From: Lama guanicoe
Taxonomy: Eukaryota
Length of the DNA: 64,000 nucleotides
Assembly: GCA_013239625.1 (NCBI GenBank)
Contig: MU054001.1
Span: forward strand, 685,884-749,883
Reading direction: 5' to 3'
Shown: positions 48,000 to 61,070 of the stretch, one piece after another
Numbering within the stretch: position 1 is the stretch's first letter
Layout: each line of letters begins with the position of its first letter
Notes under the pieces: model-generated
The model's input: the letters and a program-made list of their open reading frames with translations, nothing else
Databases searched by the model: none
What the model was told of the DNA's origin: nothing
Program-made: the position numbers and the translations under genes

Positions 48000-49900
48000 A
48001 GGGAAATTCTTTCAATTCCCATGCATTCATTTGCATTTAAATTTGAAGTTGAAATTAAGGCTTTTAGAAACTTTTAATTTCTATTTAATTATAAGAATTT
48101 CACTGCAGGGTATCTATCTGATTTAAAAGAATAATTAAAATTAAGTATAGCTGCAGTGATTTGTCACGGTGTATGTCTGTCCTTTAGAACGTTAAGCAAC
48201 AGAAAATTATGTGTGGCTGGAGGTGCTCTATATGTAAATTCCGACAAGAACAGAATTGGGTGATAGAGAAATTCAGATCATGAAAATCACATTGCAAGTT
48301 TGAACATCAGCACCTAATAAATGCCTTAGTTGTTACCATTACTTCTCTTAATATCCTCAATTAAATGATTTAAAACAGAACAATAGATAAGCAAGATCAA
48401 TTAATTTTATAAGATGATCAAAGGAATGTGGTTCAGCATTGTCGAAGCTGTAAACGTGATAATGGTTTTATCAGACAAGGAAAATAGCTCGAAGTGGCTC
48501 AAACCTGATTCGTTTATGCTCGGAGGGGTTTGATTTGTGATTAATCAAATTGGCTTTTGTCATAGGGAGAGTTTTAGGATCTTGCCCATTAATTTTAGAG
48601 AAAAATAATTCAGACATTAAAATAGATGCTATTCTCAGATGGTTGTATGTCAACTGGAATAAGCGATAGCAACCATCAAAATATCTTGATCCTGTAACCT
48701 GTTGAAAGGAGGCTGCGAGAGGGGCCAGGGAGCTGCCAGTAGCTGCAATAATATTGTTCCTCCTGGGTACCCAGAGAAGAGCCCCAACTCAGCTTGTGTG
48801 TCTGAGGTCTAGGCTGGAGGCCAAATGCAAGGTACAGAATCTGCCAGTGGTTTTCTGCTCTGGTGAAGGATGTGCACTTGAGAATTGGAGAGCGGCAGGG
48901 TGAAGGGAAAGACTGTTTCTGAAAGGCCACATTTATCAGCAGTGTGTATTGGGGTTAAGAGTGATTCAATAATTTATACCCCTCTGCCTTTTGAAAAGGA
49001 AGGGATAGCTTCCCCTACACAAAAGGAAAAAAAAAGAACAGAAAAAGAGCAAAGCTGAGTAATAAGGGAGTGGTAGGTCACGAGTATGGCTCCGTCTAAG
49101 CTAAGGGAAATTTTTGTTAGCCATTGAAAACAATTTTTTGGTTTGGAGCTTCCTGCCAACCAAAGCAAAAAGGGAGGTGCAATGAGTAAAATTACCTCTT
49201 ATTATCTTATTTAAAATAGAAAAGAGATGGCTTTTAATATTGAAGAAGATTTTATTTTACAAGAGTAAGAAAGTGAATACAAGCATTGATTGTTTAAAAA
49301 AAAAAAAAGGCAAAGTAATAGCATCGGAAACACAAAAATAGTTCCTCTGTAAGTTCCTCTGGTTCATTTGGACCAGAAGGCTTTTGTCTGGATGAGAGCA
49401 AATCAGCAAGTTGTGAGGTCTCCACCCATCTTGTGATGTCAGTCTCAAAGACCAGAAATACCACCACAAATCTAGGTTTTTCACAGACAGTGTGAGTTGG
49501 GGTTGGGGCTATAAGCATGCCCAGTAAGCATGTACTTGGCTGGAATGATCCTTGGTTGCGGTTGAATGATCAAATACTGACCTCACGACTTTGAGGGGCA
49601 GGTCAGTGATTTCCGAGGAGAGAGCAGGATGCAGGGTGGCAGGCGGGGGGTGGCACTGTGACCAGTGAGTGGCTTTCTGGCAGTTGGCTTGCTGCATGAG
49701 CCACTGTTGGATTTCCTCAGCACCACAAGGCGAAAGCTCAATTGCTAAGTGGCTCATGGGCTGCTGCCCGCCTTACATTAGCAGTTATTTGGGGCTTACT
49801 GGAAGGACCTTGGCACGCTTTCTGATTAACCAGGCCACAGTGTTCTCTTCCTCCTCCACTGAAATTCCCAGAGCTAATCTTTGATGGCTCTGAGGCCTAA
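48000..49900. promoter_or_regulatory. Long repeat-free stretch with candidate enhancer modules
   Basis: Octamer ATTTGCAT (48029-48036), palindromic TGATTAATCA (48538-48547), multiple TAAT cores. Confidence 0.45.
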
Positions 49901-50129
49901 TGGCAAAAAGGTGCACCACACTGCCGTGGACCCACCTCCACTGGAAAATCAACAGGGAGAAAGCTCTTGGACTCGGCTGTTATTTGAGATTCCTGGAGGG
50001 TAGATAATGCCAAGGAATTCTCCCGGCCAGTGGTGGCTCTCCAAAGTCTCATGGTGGTGCGTCAAATACAATTCCCGCAGGAAGGTGTCATTTTCTGCCG
50101 TACATCACATCATTTCTGGATAGGATACA

Positions 50130-50245
50130 AGGGGCTTGCACTTGGAAGACAGATTTGGGTCCAAATCCCATGTAGCCACTTACGGGTTATGAGATCCTGG
50201 GGTGATGATGTAACTTTGTTGAGTCTGTTTTCTCATCTGAAAAAC
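50130..50245 (+). mobile_element. MIR fragment
   Basis: 'gacagatttgggtccaaatccca...ccacttac...gagtctgttttctcatctgaaaa'. Confidence 0.75.
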
Positions 50246-52479
50246 AAATCTCCACGAGTTAATAAACCTAAAGCATCAAGATCTATCTTTGTGCATAGAC
50301 AGTCCTCGGGTCATAGTCCCATTTTTAAATATATAACAGACCGAGATGCCGAGAATACAGAGAGAATAAAACACAGCCCCTTGAAGAATTCTAAGTCTAC
50401 AGGGGAAACACCAAGACCCTGTGACACGCACCATCATTGAAGCATGTGTTAACGGCGTCGGAGCAGGAGGGAGTCTAGCCTGGTGATTTGTACACCAAAG
50501 GATGGCATTGACCCCAGTGGCTGTGACTGAAAGCAGATGAGTTCATTTCTCATTTCTAGTTCTGGCTGCCTAGAGTGTGAACCAGGGCCAAGGGTACCCA
50601 CTTATATTTTAGGTGCCTCATCTGTGAAAGAATGGAGGCTGCTCTGCAGGTCCCCTATGTTCCTTATTAGCCATATGGAGACTGGCCTTCAAGGTAGACA
50701 CTGAGAAAATTACAGAGCGTAGGCAGATTTGAATGTTAGAAAGTTTACCCGTCTCCACCCAGAGTTCAACCTGGAACTCTTCTAGGAGAGCCAAAGCTTT
50801 TCCATTAGCTAATCCCTGGTCCCCAAAAATTACAAAGAGGGGGAACAGAGCACATAATGCATTCCTGTAAAGTAGTTATGAGCCTTGCATTAGGATCATG
50901 TTTACAAGGTGACTGGGATGCCATTAACATAAAGGATTCCATCCAGCCCGATGACTGTGATTTAGTTCAGGGAAGGCGCACAGTGGAGGTGCCCTGGGCT
51001 GTCTCCACAGCCAAGTACACCGAGTCAGGGTCATTCAGCCAGCCTGCTGTGTGCTTAAGCTTAAGCGCTGAACTTCATCAGCAGTGTAATTCCATTTATG
51101 CTATTACAAAATTAAATCGAGACTTGAACTGTGCTTTTTAAAAGATTATGTGACCATATGTACCTTGAACAAGGGCCAACTTTGAAAAAAAAGGGGGTCT
51201 TTTCACAATTCCTTTCTGTTAGGTTAGGACTTTGTTATTTCTTGTTTCCTTTTTTTTTTCCTCCCATAAATTTGAATCAAACCCAGCCAGTAGTTAATAA
51301 ATTGATATGATTAGAGCTTAAAATATTTTCATTTTAAAACATGCCTTCAATATGGTTTAAAGGAAAAATAAAATCTTGTGGAATCCAGATCATGTATCAA
51401 GCATGGAATATCAGTGTTCCCACACTCCAAGAACAATGTGAGCTAACGTTTCCGATGGCTTTTTATAAAATCAGGTTTTAAACCAAAAGTTTTAGAGTCA
51501 GTACTGAGTAATTGAATTAGCAAATGGTACAGTTAATTCGTAAAGCAAGTCAAGGAAAACAAAATCTTATGTCTAGCATAAAGCTACCATTTTTGGAGAA
51601 ATTATGTAACATTTAGGGGAATGCATCTCTTGTATTCAAAAACACTAGAGAACTCAATTAGGATACATAAATTAAGCCAGCAGAGAATTTTTACAGCAAT
51701 GAATTTTATAGACAAACAACAACAACAAAAAACTAATTGTTTTAAATGAAATCCAGCCATTATTTTAAAGGACAATCATATCTGGAAAAATTAATAGGAA
51801 AAACAAGTATACTTGAAGTCTAAGGGAAATGGGACCAGTTAAAAATTTTTTTAATCAGCATAAGCTGCTGCTTGTAAAATCTAGACTGGTTTATGCATAT
51901 GCAACAGCTCTTATTAAGATGCATTAGAAAACCCAGGTGCCATTAGATAATGAAACTGACCAGAGGTATTTTCTAGTGCTTCAGTTAATACCCTGGTGGT
52001 TAAACTATAATGACCAAACTCAATTGGCATCAATTCAGATGTGAATTGTACTTAAAGACCTTAGAGTCACTTCTTAGTGGATTGGTTTTGAAAGACAAAA
52101 GCACTAAATTAAAATAATTGTTTTGTCTGAAAATTTTTTTTTCAGTGATATCCAAAATGGGTGTTCCCTCAACCTCAGACATTAGCACAGAACACAGCAG
52201 GGTACTAGCATCCTCCATCCTCATCCCATGCCTGCCACAGAGTTGGTACCCAGTAAATATACTGGGTTCAGTACCTTAATAAAGAGTGTTTTCAGAAACT
52301 CAGTATGAATGACACTCAGGCAGTATGATCTGATCCAAAACTATGCTCTCCTTTGAGATCTTAAAGTCCCCAGGTTTGTCTTAATTTAAGTTCATTGTGC
52401 TAAACTCATCTTGTTTTAATTTTAAAAATCTTGAAGATGGGAGCACACAATAATACTTTCCATTTTGCAAGTTTCTAAA

Positions 52480-52600
52480 CATTCATAGTCAGTTATTTAA
52501 TCCTTGCAACAAACTTCTCCCAATTTTCTACAGTGAAATTGAGTATCTTTCTGAAGGTTGCATGCCCAATAGATGGCAGAACCTGGATTAAACCCAGTGA
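52480..52600 (-). mobile_element. MIR fragment
   Basis: 'atttaatccttgcaacaa...atggcagaacctggattaaaccc'. Confidence 0.65.
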
Positions 52601-52637
52601 ACACAAATCCTGAAGCCATTCCTTCAGCCTGTACATC

Positions 52638-52811
52638 GGAGGTCCATGAACTCTGGCCCAGGGGCCAAGTCCAGCCTATTTTCATAAAGAAAGTTTTCTT
52701 GGAACATAGCCTCACCCATTCCTTTGCGTATTGTCTGCAACAGAGACCGTATGGCCCCCAAACCTGAAGGATTTACTATCTAGTCCTTTAGGAAAAAGTT
52801 TACTGACCACT
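52638..52811. mobile_element. MER58A-like element with internal deletion
   Basis: 'aaagttttcttggaacatagcctcacccattcctttgcgtattgtct' joined to 'gcaacagagaccgtatggccccc...tttactatctagtcctttaggaaaaagtttactgacc'. Confidence 0.85.
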
Positions 52812-53059
52812 ATTCTCACCATTTGCTTTAGAGTAAAGAGGAGGTAAGGTGACAGCTCAGAGAAATTTCATTCCCACAAAAGCCTTCCATTGAAGTCAGC
52901 CAGAATTCACGGTCAGAAATAACAGTGTCTGTCAACCAAGTCAAGACAGCGTGGGATGGCAGAAAGGGCATATAGCTTTGACTCCAAGCCAAATTTAAAT
53001 ATTAACTCCACCAGTTAATAAATGTATAGACGAGTTAAGTTGCATCTTTCCTCTGGGTC

Positions 53060-54120
53060 TATTTTATTAATTTTTGTTCTTTATTATTCTTTTTCCTACT
53101 GTCTTTAGTCTTGCTCATTTTATAAGGTCTTGGATACTTAGCTCACTAATTCTTTTATTATATGTGACTTGAGGGCTATAATTATTCCACTTAATATGGT
53201 TTTATCTTTGTAGCCTGAGTTTTGATAACTAATCTTTTGTCCTTCAGTTCTAAATATTTTACTATTTTCATTATAATTTATTTTCTGACCCATAGCTGTA
53301 TAGAAAGTTTTGATTGCTTTCATTGTTCTTGTTTAATTTCCAAATACTTACTAAGACCAACTTTTTCTTTATAACTTTAATGTTGTGGTCATGGGCTATG
53401 GTCTGTATAAAGTATAAAATGTATCAGTTTTGTTCCCCATGCTTCTAGAATTCCACTTACTCCTTCTAGAGTCAGTTTCTTCTTTCTCTACCCCATACCT
53501 TAGTAGTAAGGACCTGTGAGTAATAACCCTCTTAGTCTTTGAAAACTTTTATGTAACCCCGTCTTTTAAGTAATCAGTTGTATATACTTTGAGAATTTTT
53601 TTTTAACAACTTGAAGAAATTATCCTATTGTTTCCTGGCTTTGATTGCTTCAGTAAGCCTGTTGTTTTCCTTGTAGGTTTTCCCTCCCTCTATTTGCTTT
53701 TAGAATTTTTCCTTTGGCTTTGGTATTCTGCACTTTCATTACCATGGGGAGGAGTATGGATTTCTTTAATTAATTCTTCCCAGTATTTAATGTGCTTCTT
53801 TTATATGGAGTCTCATGGTTTTTTTTTTTAATTCTAGGAAACCACCAACCTTCGGGTATACAATTTATGCATGATGTTTTCTCCCATTCTTCCTATACTC
53901 AGCTCTGGAAATCCAGTCAGATGCATTCAGATCTTCTGATTCCACCCTCTGTGTCTTCTCATCACTCTACCATGTGGTCCATCTTTCTCTGCCTCCATGG
54001 TCCATTCTGAGTAACTTTCTCAGATCCATCTCAAAAGTCACTAATTCTCTCCTCAGCTGTATTTAATTTGCTATTTAACTAGTGCTTTGAAGTTTCAATG
54101 TCAGTGAGTACATTTTTCAC
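53060..54120 (-). mobile_element. Old L1 remnant (ORF1 / ORF2 N-terminal region)
   Basis: ORF 53138..53323(-) 'ISYQNSGYKDKTILSGIIIALKSHI' resembles L1 ORF2 'TTYQNLWD..KAVLRGKFIALNAYI'; 'gtcactaattctctcctcagctgtatttaatttgct' is a typical old L1 ORF1 remnant. Confidence 0.7.
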
Positions 54121-55229
54121 ATATACGAAGTTATTAATTAGAGAATTATTTATAATTTGAGAATCTAGACGCTGCCTAAATATCCAATAATTATAAACTA
54201 AATGCTGATCAACTAAATCCTGATGCATCCATTTGATAGATAATTATACAACCATTAAAATTATACTTACAAGTTGCATTATTTTTACTATTAAAAATAA
54301 TTCCTTAAAACACATTCAGTTTACCAATAGGGCATCTGGGTAGAGATTCTAAACCTGAGGTCAGAATTAGCCTTTGATTAAATATGTCCCTCCTGTTGAG
54401 TACTTCAAACAAACAAGCAGAAGTCTATTTCTGGGTATTAACTGATAGTCAAAATCTTGTTAGTGATTTTGAATCCATACATGTTATTTCTGTCCCAGAG
54501 TTGAGTTCAGAAAATTGAAATCCGTGTGTTGGTGTCATGACTAAGATGCCCCGAACTTGTTTCTTACTTTTCTCTCAAATGTAATTAAGAATCTGGCTTT
54601 GAATATTGTCAGTTAGGAACTGAAAATTGCTTTTCCATTCTACAAACTGTGCTTTTCAAAAAACCAGTTTATAAAGCAAGGGCCACGCTTAAATCAAGTG
54701 AGGACTTGTTTTTGAAGCTTTGGCTTTTGTTAAATAAAAAACAATTTTACATTTTTAAGAACAAACTTAAGGGCTGTGGATTTGCCAACCATAGTAATTT
54801 CTTACACTGGCAAAGTAGGGCTTTTCCTTACCTTATCTGAGGCTAAAATTTGACGTTCAGAAGAGCTATACACAGGCAGCTGTGAAAATATCTGCAGCCT
54901 ATCCGCCCAAACCCTTTAATTTGGTCAATTTCCTTCCTTCTTTCTTCTTAGTGTTTCTGTAATGCTCTGTCTGCAGACTCACAGATGCCCCTTCCCTTTT
55001 CCATATCCTACACCAGTGCTCTCTTCCCCTGCTTAAACAACAGGACAGCAGGGATCGTAAAAACTGATGAAGGGAAAACTTCTCTAAAATATCGGGATTT
55101 GGGACTCTCAGTGGCCTGGTCGGGTTCCCGTTTTCAAGGTGCTCCTCGGATTTGTCTAATCCTCTGGTCAGACCATAATCCTTAAACACAGTGATCATCA
55201 TAAACGCTCTTCTGTTTCCATTTATTCCG

Positions 55230-55720
55230 AGAGGTCGAAAGATGCGGCTGGTTTATGAGTTTATTCTGCCATGTATCACTCCCGGCGGGTCAGCAGGCCG
55301 GCGGATGGATGGGCAGCGCCCACCTCCCCATTTATTACTCTTGTCAACTCGGCAGGGATTTTTTTTTTTTTTTACCTTGTGAAAGGCCCATCAGCAATGA
55401 ATCAGTGAAGTGAAGACGACAGTTGATTTGTGAATTTAGATTCTATAAAGTGACTCCGCTTTGGTGGGCTGTGTAGATAAAGCAACTGTCATGATAAGGT
55501 GGCAAGTGCAATTCCACAAAACCAAATTTATTGCACACTTGAGGAAATCATCCTATTTGAAAATGCCATAAATTCGAAATTGAATATTACTTATTCCCAT
55601 GAATTTTGATTTATATTTTGAATATTTTTAATAGGATGCTAAAGAGCCTCCGTTCGAAGTTATGAGTTTCTGCATTTCTTCTCGCGGGCTATTGTGACTT
55701 GGCACAGAATATATTGGCCA
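55230..55720. promoter_or_regulatory. Candidate enhancer with posterior-HOX/CDX-type motifs
   Basis: TTTATGA (55252), TTTATTA (55331), TTTATTG (55527), GCCATAAAA (55565), two GATAA, CpG patch at 55240-55320. Confidence 0.45.
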
Positions 55721-56056
55721 TTCTGAGGATTTGATTTGCGTGGACTGCAGTGGGGGTGAGAGAAAGGATTCATGCACCTACTGAAGGCGCCCTCTGGGGA
55801 GTGATATGGATGCTGATTATAAAGAAAGGGAGCTGGCTGGCCACAAACTTCCTTCCTCCCCACCCCCTCCATCTCCTAAGGCTGCCACGAAGCTCAGGGA
55901 GGGACTTTTTGCACCAGTTCAGACAAGGCTGAAATAGCCACGGAAGGGAGCACAGAATCCTGACTCCCCAGGTGGGTTCGATCCCCATTATCAACCCTCA
56001 GAATCCCCGTACTTCTCTGGAGCACTTATTGCCACAGTAATTAATGATTTCAGTGA

Positions 56057-56213
56057 CAAACAACAAGGTCCTACTGGATGGCATAGGGAACTACATTCAA
56101 TAACTTGTAATAACCTATAATGAAAAAGAATATATATGTATAACTGAATCACTGTGCTGCACACTAGAAACTAATACAACATTATAAATCAACTATAGTT
56201 CAATTAAAAAAAA
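56057..56213 (+). mobile_element. Cetartiodactyl-type L1 3' end
   Basis: 'aaacaacaaggtcctactg...gggaactacattcaataacttgtaataacctataatgaaaaagaat...aaatcaactatagttcaattaaaaaaaa'; same family as 8199-8368. Confidence 0.9.
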
Positions 56214-57149
56214 CAGTTTCAGTCATAACTTATTTACACGCCGTCTCCACCAACGGACCGCTTCCCCTGGCTCATGGCTGAGCTCCTCAGGGCCTGGCAG
56301 GCAGGAGGTCCTCTGATAATGAAGACAAAACCTCCCCTTCCCAGAATGCCTTAGGCTATCACCTTTCCAGCTCACTCAGCTTTCTGCTTAAACTGATAGC
56401 CAAAAAGAAAACCATCCCAGTGCCATCCCTGGATGTTAAAGCGCTTAAGAAAAGGTGCACCCAATTTACGTTCCTCCAAAGAGAAAGGTCGGGAAAGATT
56501 CTTCCAACCTGAAACTGAAAATGGACAGCTTTGCCTCGTCCCTACGGGGCGGTGCCTCAGGGAGCATTTACCCCTCCTGTGGTGGAAAGACAGCCTGGGT
56601 GGGAAGGTCGTGAAGTCCAGGGTGAATGGCTTCCCCATTCCTTGTGCAGACCTCACCCAGCACATGACTTGTGTGGAACAGCTTCTGAGACTGTCAGAGG
56701 GCATGGTGAGGACTTCTCCAGCCCAGACTGGAGCCGCCTCGTCATGAATCCTCCAGGGGAGTGACTGGGCTTGAGTCAAGAGAGACTTCCTGCTGGTTGA
56801 GAAGTTTCAGCAGATGAGGGCCTGGTAGAGCCAGGAAGGTCTCCAACTCCTTTTTAAATACTTTTGATCACTGCTGTGTTTTGAGCACTGATGGAGTTTG
56901 CATGGTACCTACTAGAAAGGTTTTTAAATCTCTGTGTAACCTGAAACCTTATAACTTTCCAGACCTGAGCCCTCTTAGGTCTCAAAGCCCCCAAAGAAAT
57001 GTGCTGTTCTTTTTTGCATTTTTATTGTGGTTTCTCTTCCCATGAGGCATAGAGAATAAGAGAAACTTACAAGTAGAGTTTAAAAAAAAGATAGGATTGT
57101 CTGGCATACCCTACTCCCTGCTTTCTGACCACCACACCTACCAGACTGT

Positions 57150-57339
57150 ACAGCTGAGTTTGGGTAGCTTTAATGCATCCATGTATGATTGCACTGACTG
57201 AGACCTGAGCTAGATGCATCTGGGGAAACACTACCACGTGGCTGCGGTAGGTAGCCTGGACTTCCTCACAGCACGGCAGCTGGGTTCCGAAAGCGAGTGT
57301 CCACAGTGGGAGAAGAGGCTAGGAAGAGAGTGACAGATA

Positions 57340-57385
<46 letters not shown>

Positions 57386-57648
57386 CAGAGAAGAACATAC
57401 AGGGAGAGAGAGAAGAAAGGGAGAGAGAATACAGAGACAGAGAGACAGAGGGGCAGGAGGAAACTGAGAACTAGGCAGAAGCTAGAGCCTTTTTATGAAC
57501 TAACCTCAAAAGTCATAGAGAATCCCATCTGTCACTTGCTATTCATTAAAATCAAGCCTGACCCACATTCAAGGGGAGGGAAATTAGACTCCACCGTTTG
57601 AAAGCAGGAGTGTCAGTGCATGTGCAGACCTATTTTAAAACCACCACA
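57150..57648 (-). mobile_element. MaLR LTR (MLT1F/G-like) with internal (AC)20 at 57341-57380 and GA-rich tract
   Basis: 'cttcctcacagcacggcagctgggttcc', 'cattcaaggggagggaaattagactccacc', end 'ttttaaaaccaccaca'. Confidence 0.85.
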
Positions 57649-58009
57649 TAGGATCATGATGGGGAGCAACCTTGCCCCTGCTGGTGGTGAGATCTGCCCT
57701 GGGTGGAGCCCAAGACCCTGCAAAACTCAGTTAGCAACTTCCAGAGGCAACTAAGGGGGTGGAGTTTGACAAGCTACCTTCCCACATGGACAGATACCCC
57801 TAGCATCTCTTTTAATGCCATTTTCTGTGAGAGAAAAGTTCACAGGCAAGTCTGAGGCCTCCTCTAGCATTCCAAATGCCATTTAATTCTTTCTGGAGCA
57901 GAGGAAGTAGAGGAAGCCGGGCTGCTTCCTCTCCTTGCAAGGTCTCTGTCCCCTTTTTTTGTGCTTAACAGTCTCTACTCACCCCTTAATGCCCACACTT
58001 CAAGCCCAT

Positions 58010-58230
58010 CTCCTCTTTTAAATATCCCAGGGTGTCCCCAGGGATTGTTGAATCCCCCTGCCCCTCTACGTGTCCACAATCTGTTATTCTTACGCCCATC
58101 ACAGCACCAGCACGTCTGTCATCTTGTCTTCTAGACGGTGGGTTCCCCTAGGGCAGTAATCTTGTCCTTCCCCAACCACAAACTAACTCCTGAAACATGC
58201 TAGGTGCTAAGTGTCCATAAATGTTGGCTC
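58010..58230 (+). mobile_element. L2 3' end
   Basis: 'ctagacggtgggttcccctagggcag...tcctgaaacatgctaggtgctaag...aaatgttggct'. Confidence 0.6.
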
Positions 58231-59379
58231 AGAAGAGCTTAGAAAAATGGGCAATTATTTTAGGCTAGCATTTTCCAACATGGGCTGTATGTAAGCTTAA
58301 CTTCATGAGATCTAGAAAAGGAAGGATTTGTGTCAAGTAAGTTTGAAAAAAAAATCTACTTTTTCTCCTTTTCCCTTGGGAATGCTTGAGGAAGTTAACA
58401 AATTACTCAAATCCACCATCCAGTGCCAAATGCCGAACTGATGTGCATAAAGCACATAAAACTGGGCCAAATCAGATCAGTTCAAAACTCAAATCATAAA
58501 TGAACTTTGTCCTCTGGGCAAAGATTTCTGATTTGCGGTCATAGGCAGAGGTCATCTTTTCTTATTCCTGTATTGGAAAGAATTTTTTTCCTATCCTTTC
58601 CCAAATCCAAGCCTACCGTTAGCGTTACTGCTTTAGATAATGCCGTCTCAGTACGGCAGCATTATGAAAAAGTTACTTCTAATCTACAGGATTAGTCTGC
58701 TGTTTCTCTACCAGAAAATTGATACCAGGGACTTTCAGAGTCGAAAGAGACCCGTGAGCTTGTTTAAAACAACCAAGGACTCAGTTGCCATGATGTGGCA
58801 ATAATTAGAGTATGATTTCCTTTGGGAAAATGTCACTCACCTTATTTCAGTCAAGTATCCAAGTCTTTACAGACACATTTTTTGCACAACCCCCCCCAAC
58901 AATTTTTATAAATTGAAACCCTCCAGTTTGGCTTCACAGTTTGCTTGGGGAAGGAGGGGCGAGTTTCATTCCGGAATAAACTGCCACAGGAAGAAGGGTC
59001 TCAGCGTCGATGCAGTTTCCTCCTGGGGTGGAGGGAGTGGGGGCACCACGAGACTTTCCTTGGGAGGCTGCTTTGAACCTTGGCTTTCATGTGAATATCA
59101 GACGCTTTATTGCCTTGACTTGGGTGACCTCATCTAACGGAATGAAGCCATCCATCCCACCAGGGAAGACAAACCTTCGTCCCAGAGAATCAATCAGGCC
59201 CATCAAGGGCCCTGCGTACCCCCTTATCTCCAGCCAGTGAGGGACTGCACAGTTATAAACCTGACAGGCCCCAGAGAGCCCCCGTTCGGGCCACCCCACT
59301 AAATCAAAAAAGGAAGCTGAAGACTCACCAGGCACCGTCTTGCTACTGAACAAGCACTGCCTAACATCGTTTCTGGCTT

Positions 59380-59700
59380 AGGGGACCGTTTTGCATTGAG
59401 GTATTTCTTGAGAACAAAACCATGGCATTCTACTGAACTTCGGGGGGTTTCTCCTTCTTGTTATTAAACTATTAACTCCTGCCAGATAGGAATGCCAGGC
59501 ACATAATTGCCCGCTCGGCCTTTTTATCCCGGGCTGTTGCACAGCCCATAAACAGTCCAATTAGGAAACCAATTAAAATGAGAAAGAGGCTTCCTGAATT
59601 ACCCAGCAGTTGAGGCCGCGCGCTGCCTTTTCGTTGTCAACCAGTGAAAGGTTTTTATTGCATCTGCTGAAGAGGCGAAAGGATGAAGGGGAGCCCTAGG
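59380..59700. promoter_or_regulatory. Candidate enhancer with homeodomain motif cluster
   Basis: CCCATAAA (59545-59552), CCAATTAG (59557-59564), CCAATTAA (59569-59576), TTTTATTG (59653-59660); CpG retained. Confidence 0.5.
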
Positions 59701-60829
59701 CAAACCCGGGGGTGCTCTGTGAGGCAGCGGGGTGGGCATTAGAGGAGGAGGAAGCTTTGCTTGTTGGGAGCAAGATGGGAATTACAGACGAAAATGAAAA
59801 CCTGTACTGCGAAGGTTATTCTTTTTATTGTCGCAGAGGCTCTGGTGAATATGTACGTTTTCAGCAAGTGGATTCTTCCCCTAGGAAATGGGTCCTGCCT
59901 GGCATTTCTGGAGGCCTCTCCTGTACGTCAGATGCTGGATCCTTTTTCAAGGCCTCCTTCTGAATGGTGGTAGGGGCCTCATACTACCAAGGAAGACGTT
60001 GACCTCGGCCAGGGTCTCATACCTTCTCATTCATCTGTTCAGGAGACACTGACTGTTGGCTGACTCTGTGCAGTAGACACTGCTGAGTCCTGGGGCCCTG
60101 AAGGGTGAACAGGACAGACTCCTGCCTCCACCGACCTTGCAGCTCAGAGACTGTCACTTCTCCCTGGGCTCCGTGGTGCCTCAGACATGCCTCCGGTTAA
60201 AACCTCTAGCTTCAGACCTGATCCCAGCGCACAGCACACAGTGGTGCTCGAATGCGGGATGATGGGAGTATCCAGACTCACAGGCTCTGCTCTTCCCGCC
60301 TGACCACCAGCACTCCACCAGCGCTCCTTGACAAGAGGGGTGCTACTGATTCCTTTTCCTGAGATGGAAGTCTCATGTATGTGCACATTTTTGTGGGATT
60401 TATAGCTAATAAACCAAGTGTTCCGGGTTCTCCAGGGTAACAAGGTCTCTATGAATTACTGAGGCCACTCAGAGCCCCACTTGTAAAGTTGACTTTGTTC
60501 TTTGCTGCTAATAGTGTCAAAAGGAGGAAAGTGGATTGAGGGTGTGGTAGATTTCTGAAATGCCTAGCAACGTCCCACTGCCCCCTGTAATGGCACCAAC
60601 CGCTTACTCCCTCCTCTCTGGGAGATTTTTGCCATGTCTTCTTCCTCCCTGCCTGGCTCCCTGAAAATAGGCACAGAGCCTCTTTGGTGCTGGCCCAAGG
60701 TGGCCCCTCCCTGCGTTACTCACAGGTGAACACATCTTCCTTGGATATCTCTGACCTTCTCCACCAGGAGTCACTCTGTTGGACTCTTAACCCCCTAGCC
60801 CACTTTATTTCGATTTTAAACTAGATGGT

Positions 60830-61070
60830 GGCCTTGGGAGTCAGATTTGAGTCTGCGACTTCAGCCTCATTGGATAACAAATTGGGTCTTATCCAAGTCC
60901 TTCAAATTAAGTCACTCCGACAAGGTGCCTGATCTTCTTTGGGCTCTGTCTCCTCATCTGTAAACCACAAATGATAGCAGTACCCGAGTCAGGTTGTCGG
61001 AGGACTGAGCAAGTTAACGTAGGCAACGTGCATAGGCCAGGACCAGGCGCGTGGCAGGCGCTACGTGATG
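60830..61070 (+). mobile_element. MIR SINE
   Basis: 'gctctgtctcctcatctgtaaacc...caggttgtcggaggactgagcaagttaacgtagg'. Confidence 0.7.

Noticed and set aside
57670..57690. CTCF-like CCAGCAGGGGCA on the minus strand
   Set aside because: One G short of the core spacing, and the key 3' positions mismatch.
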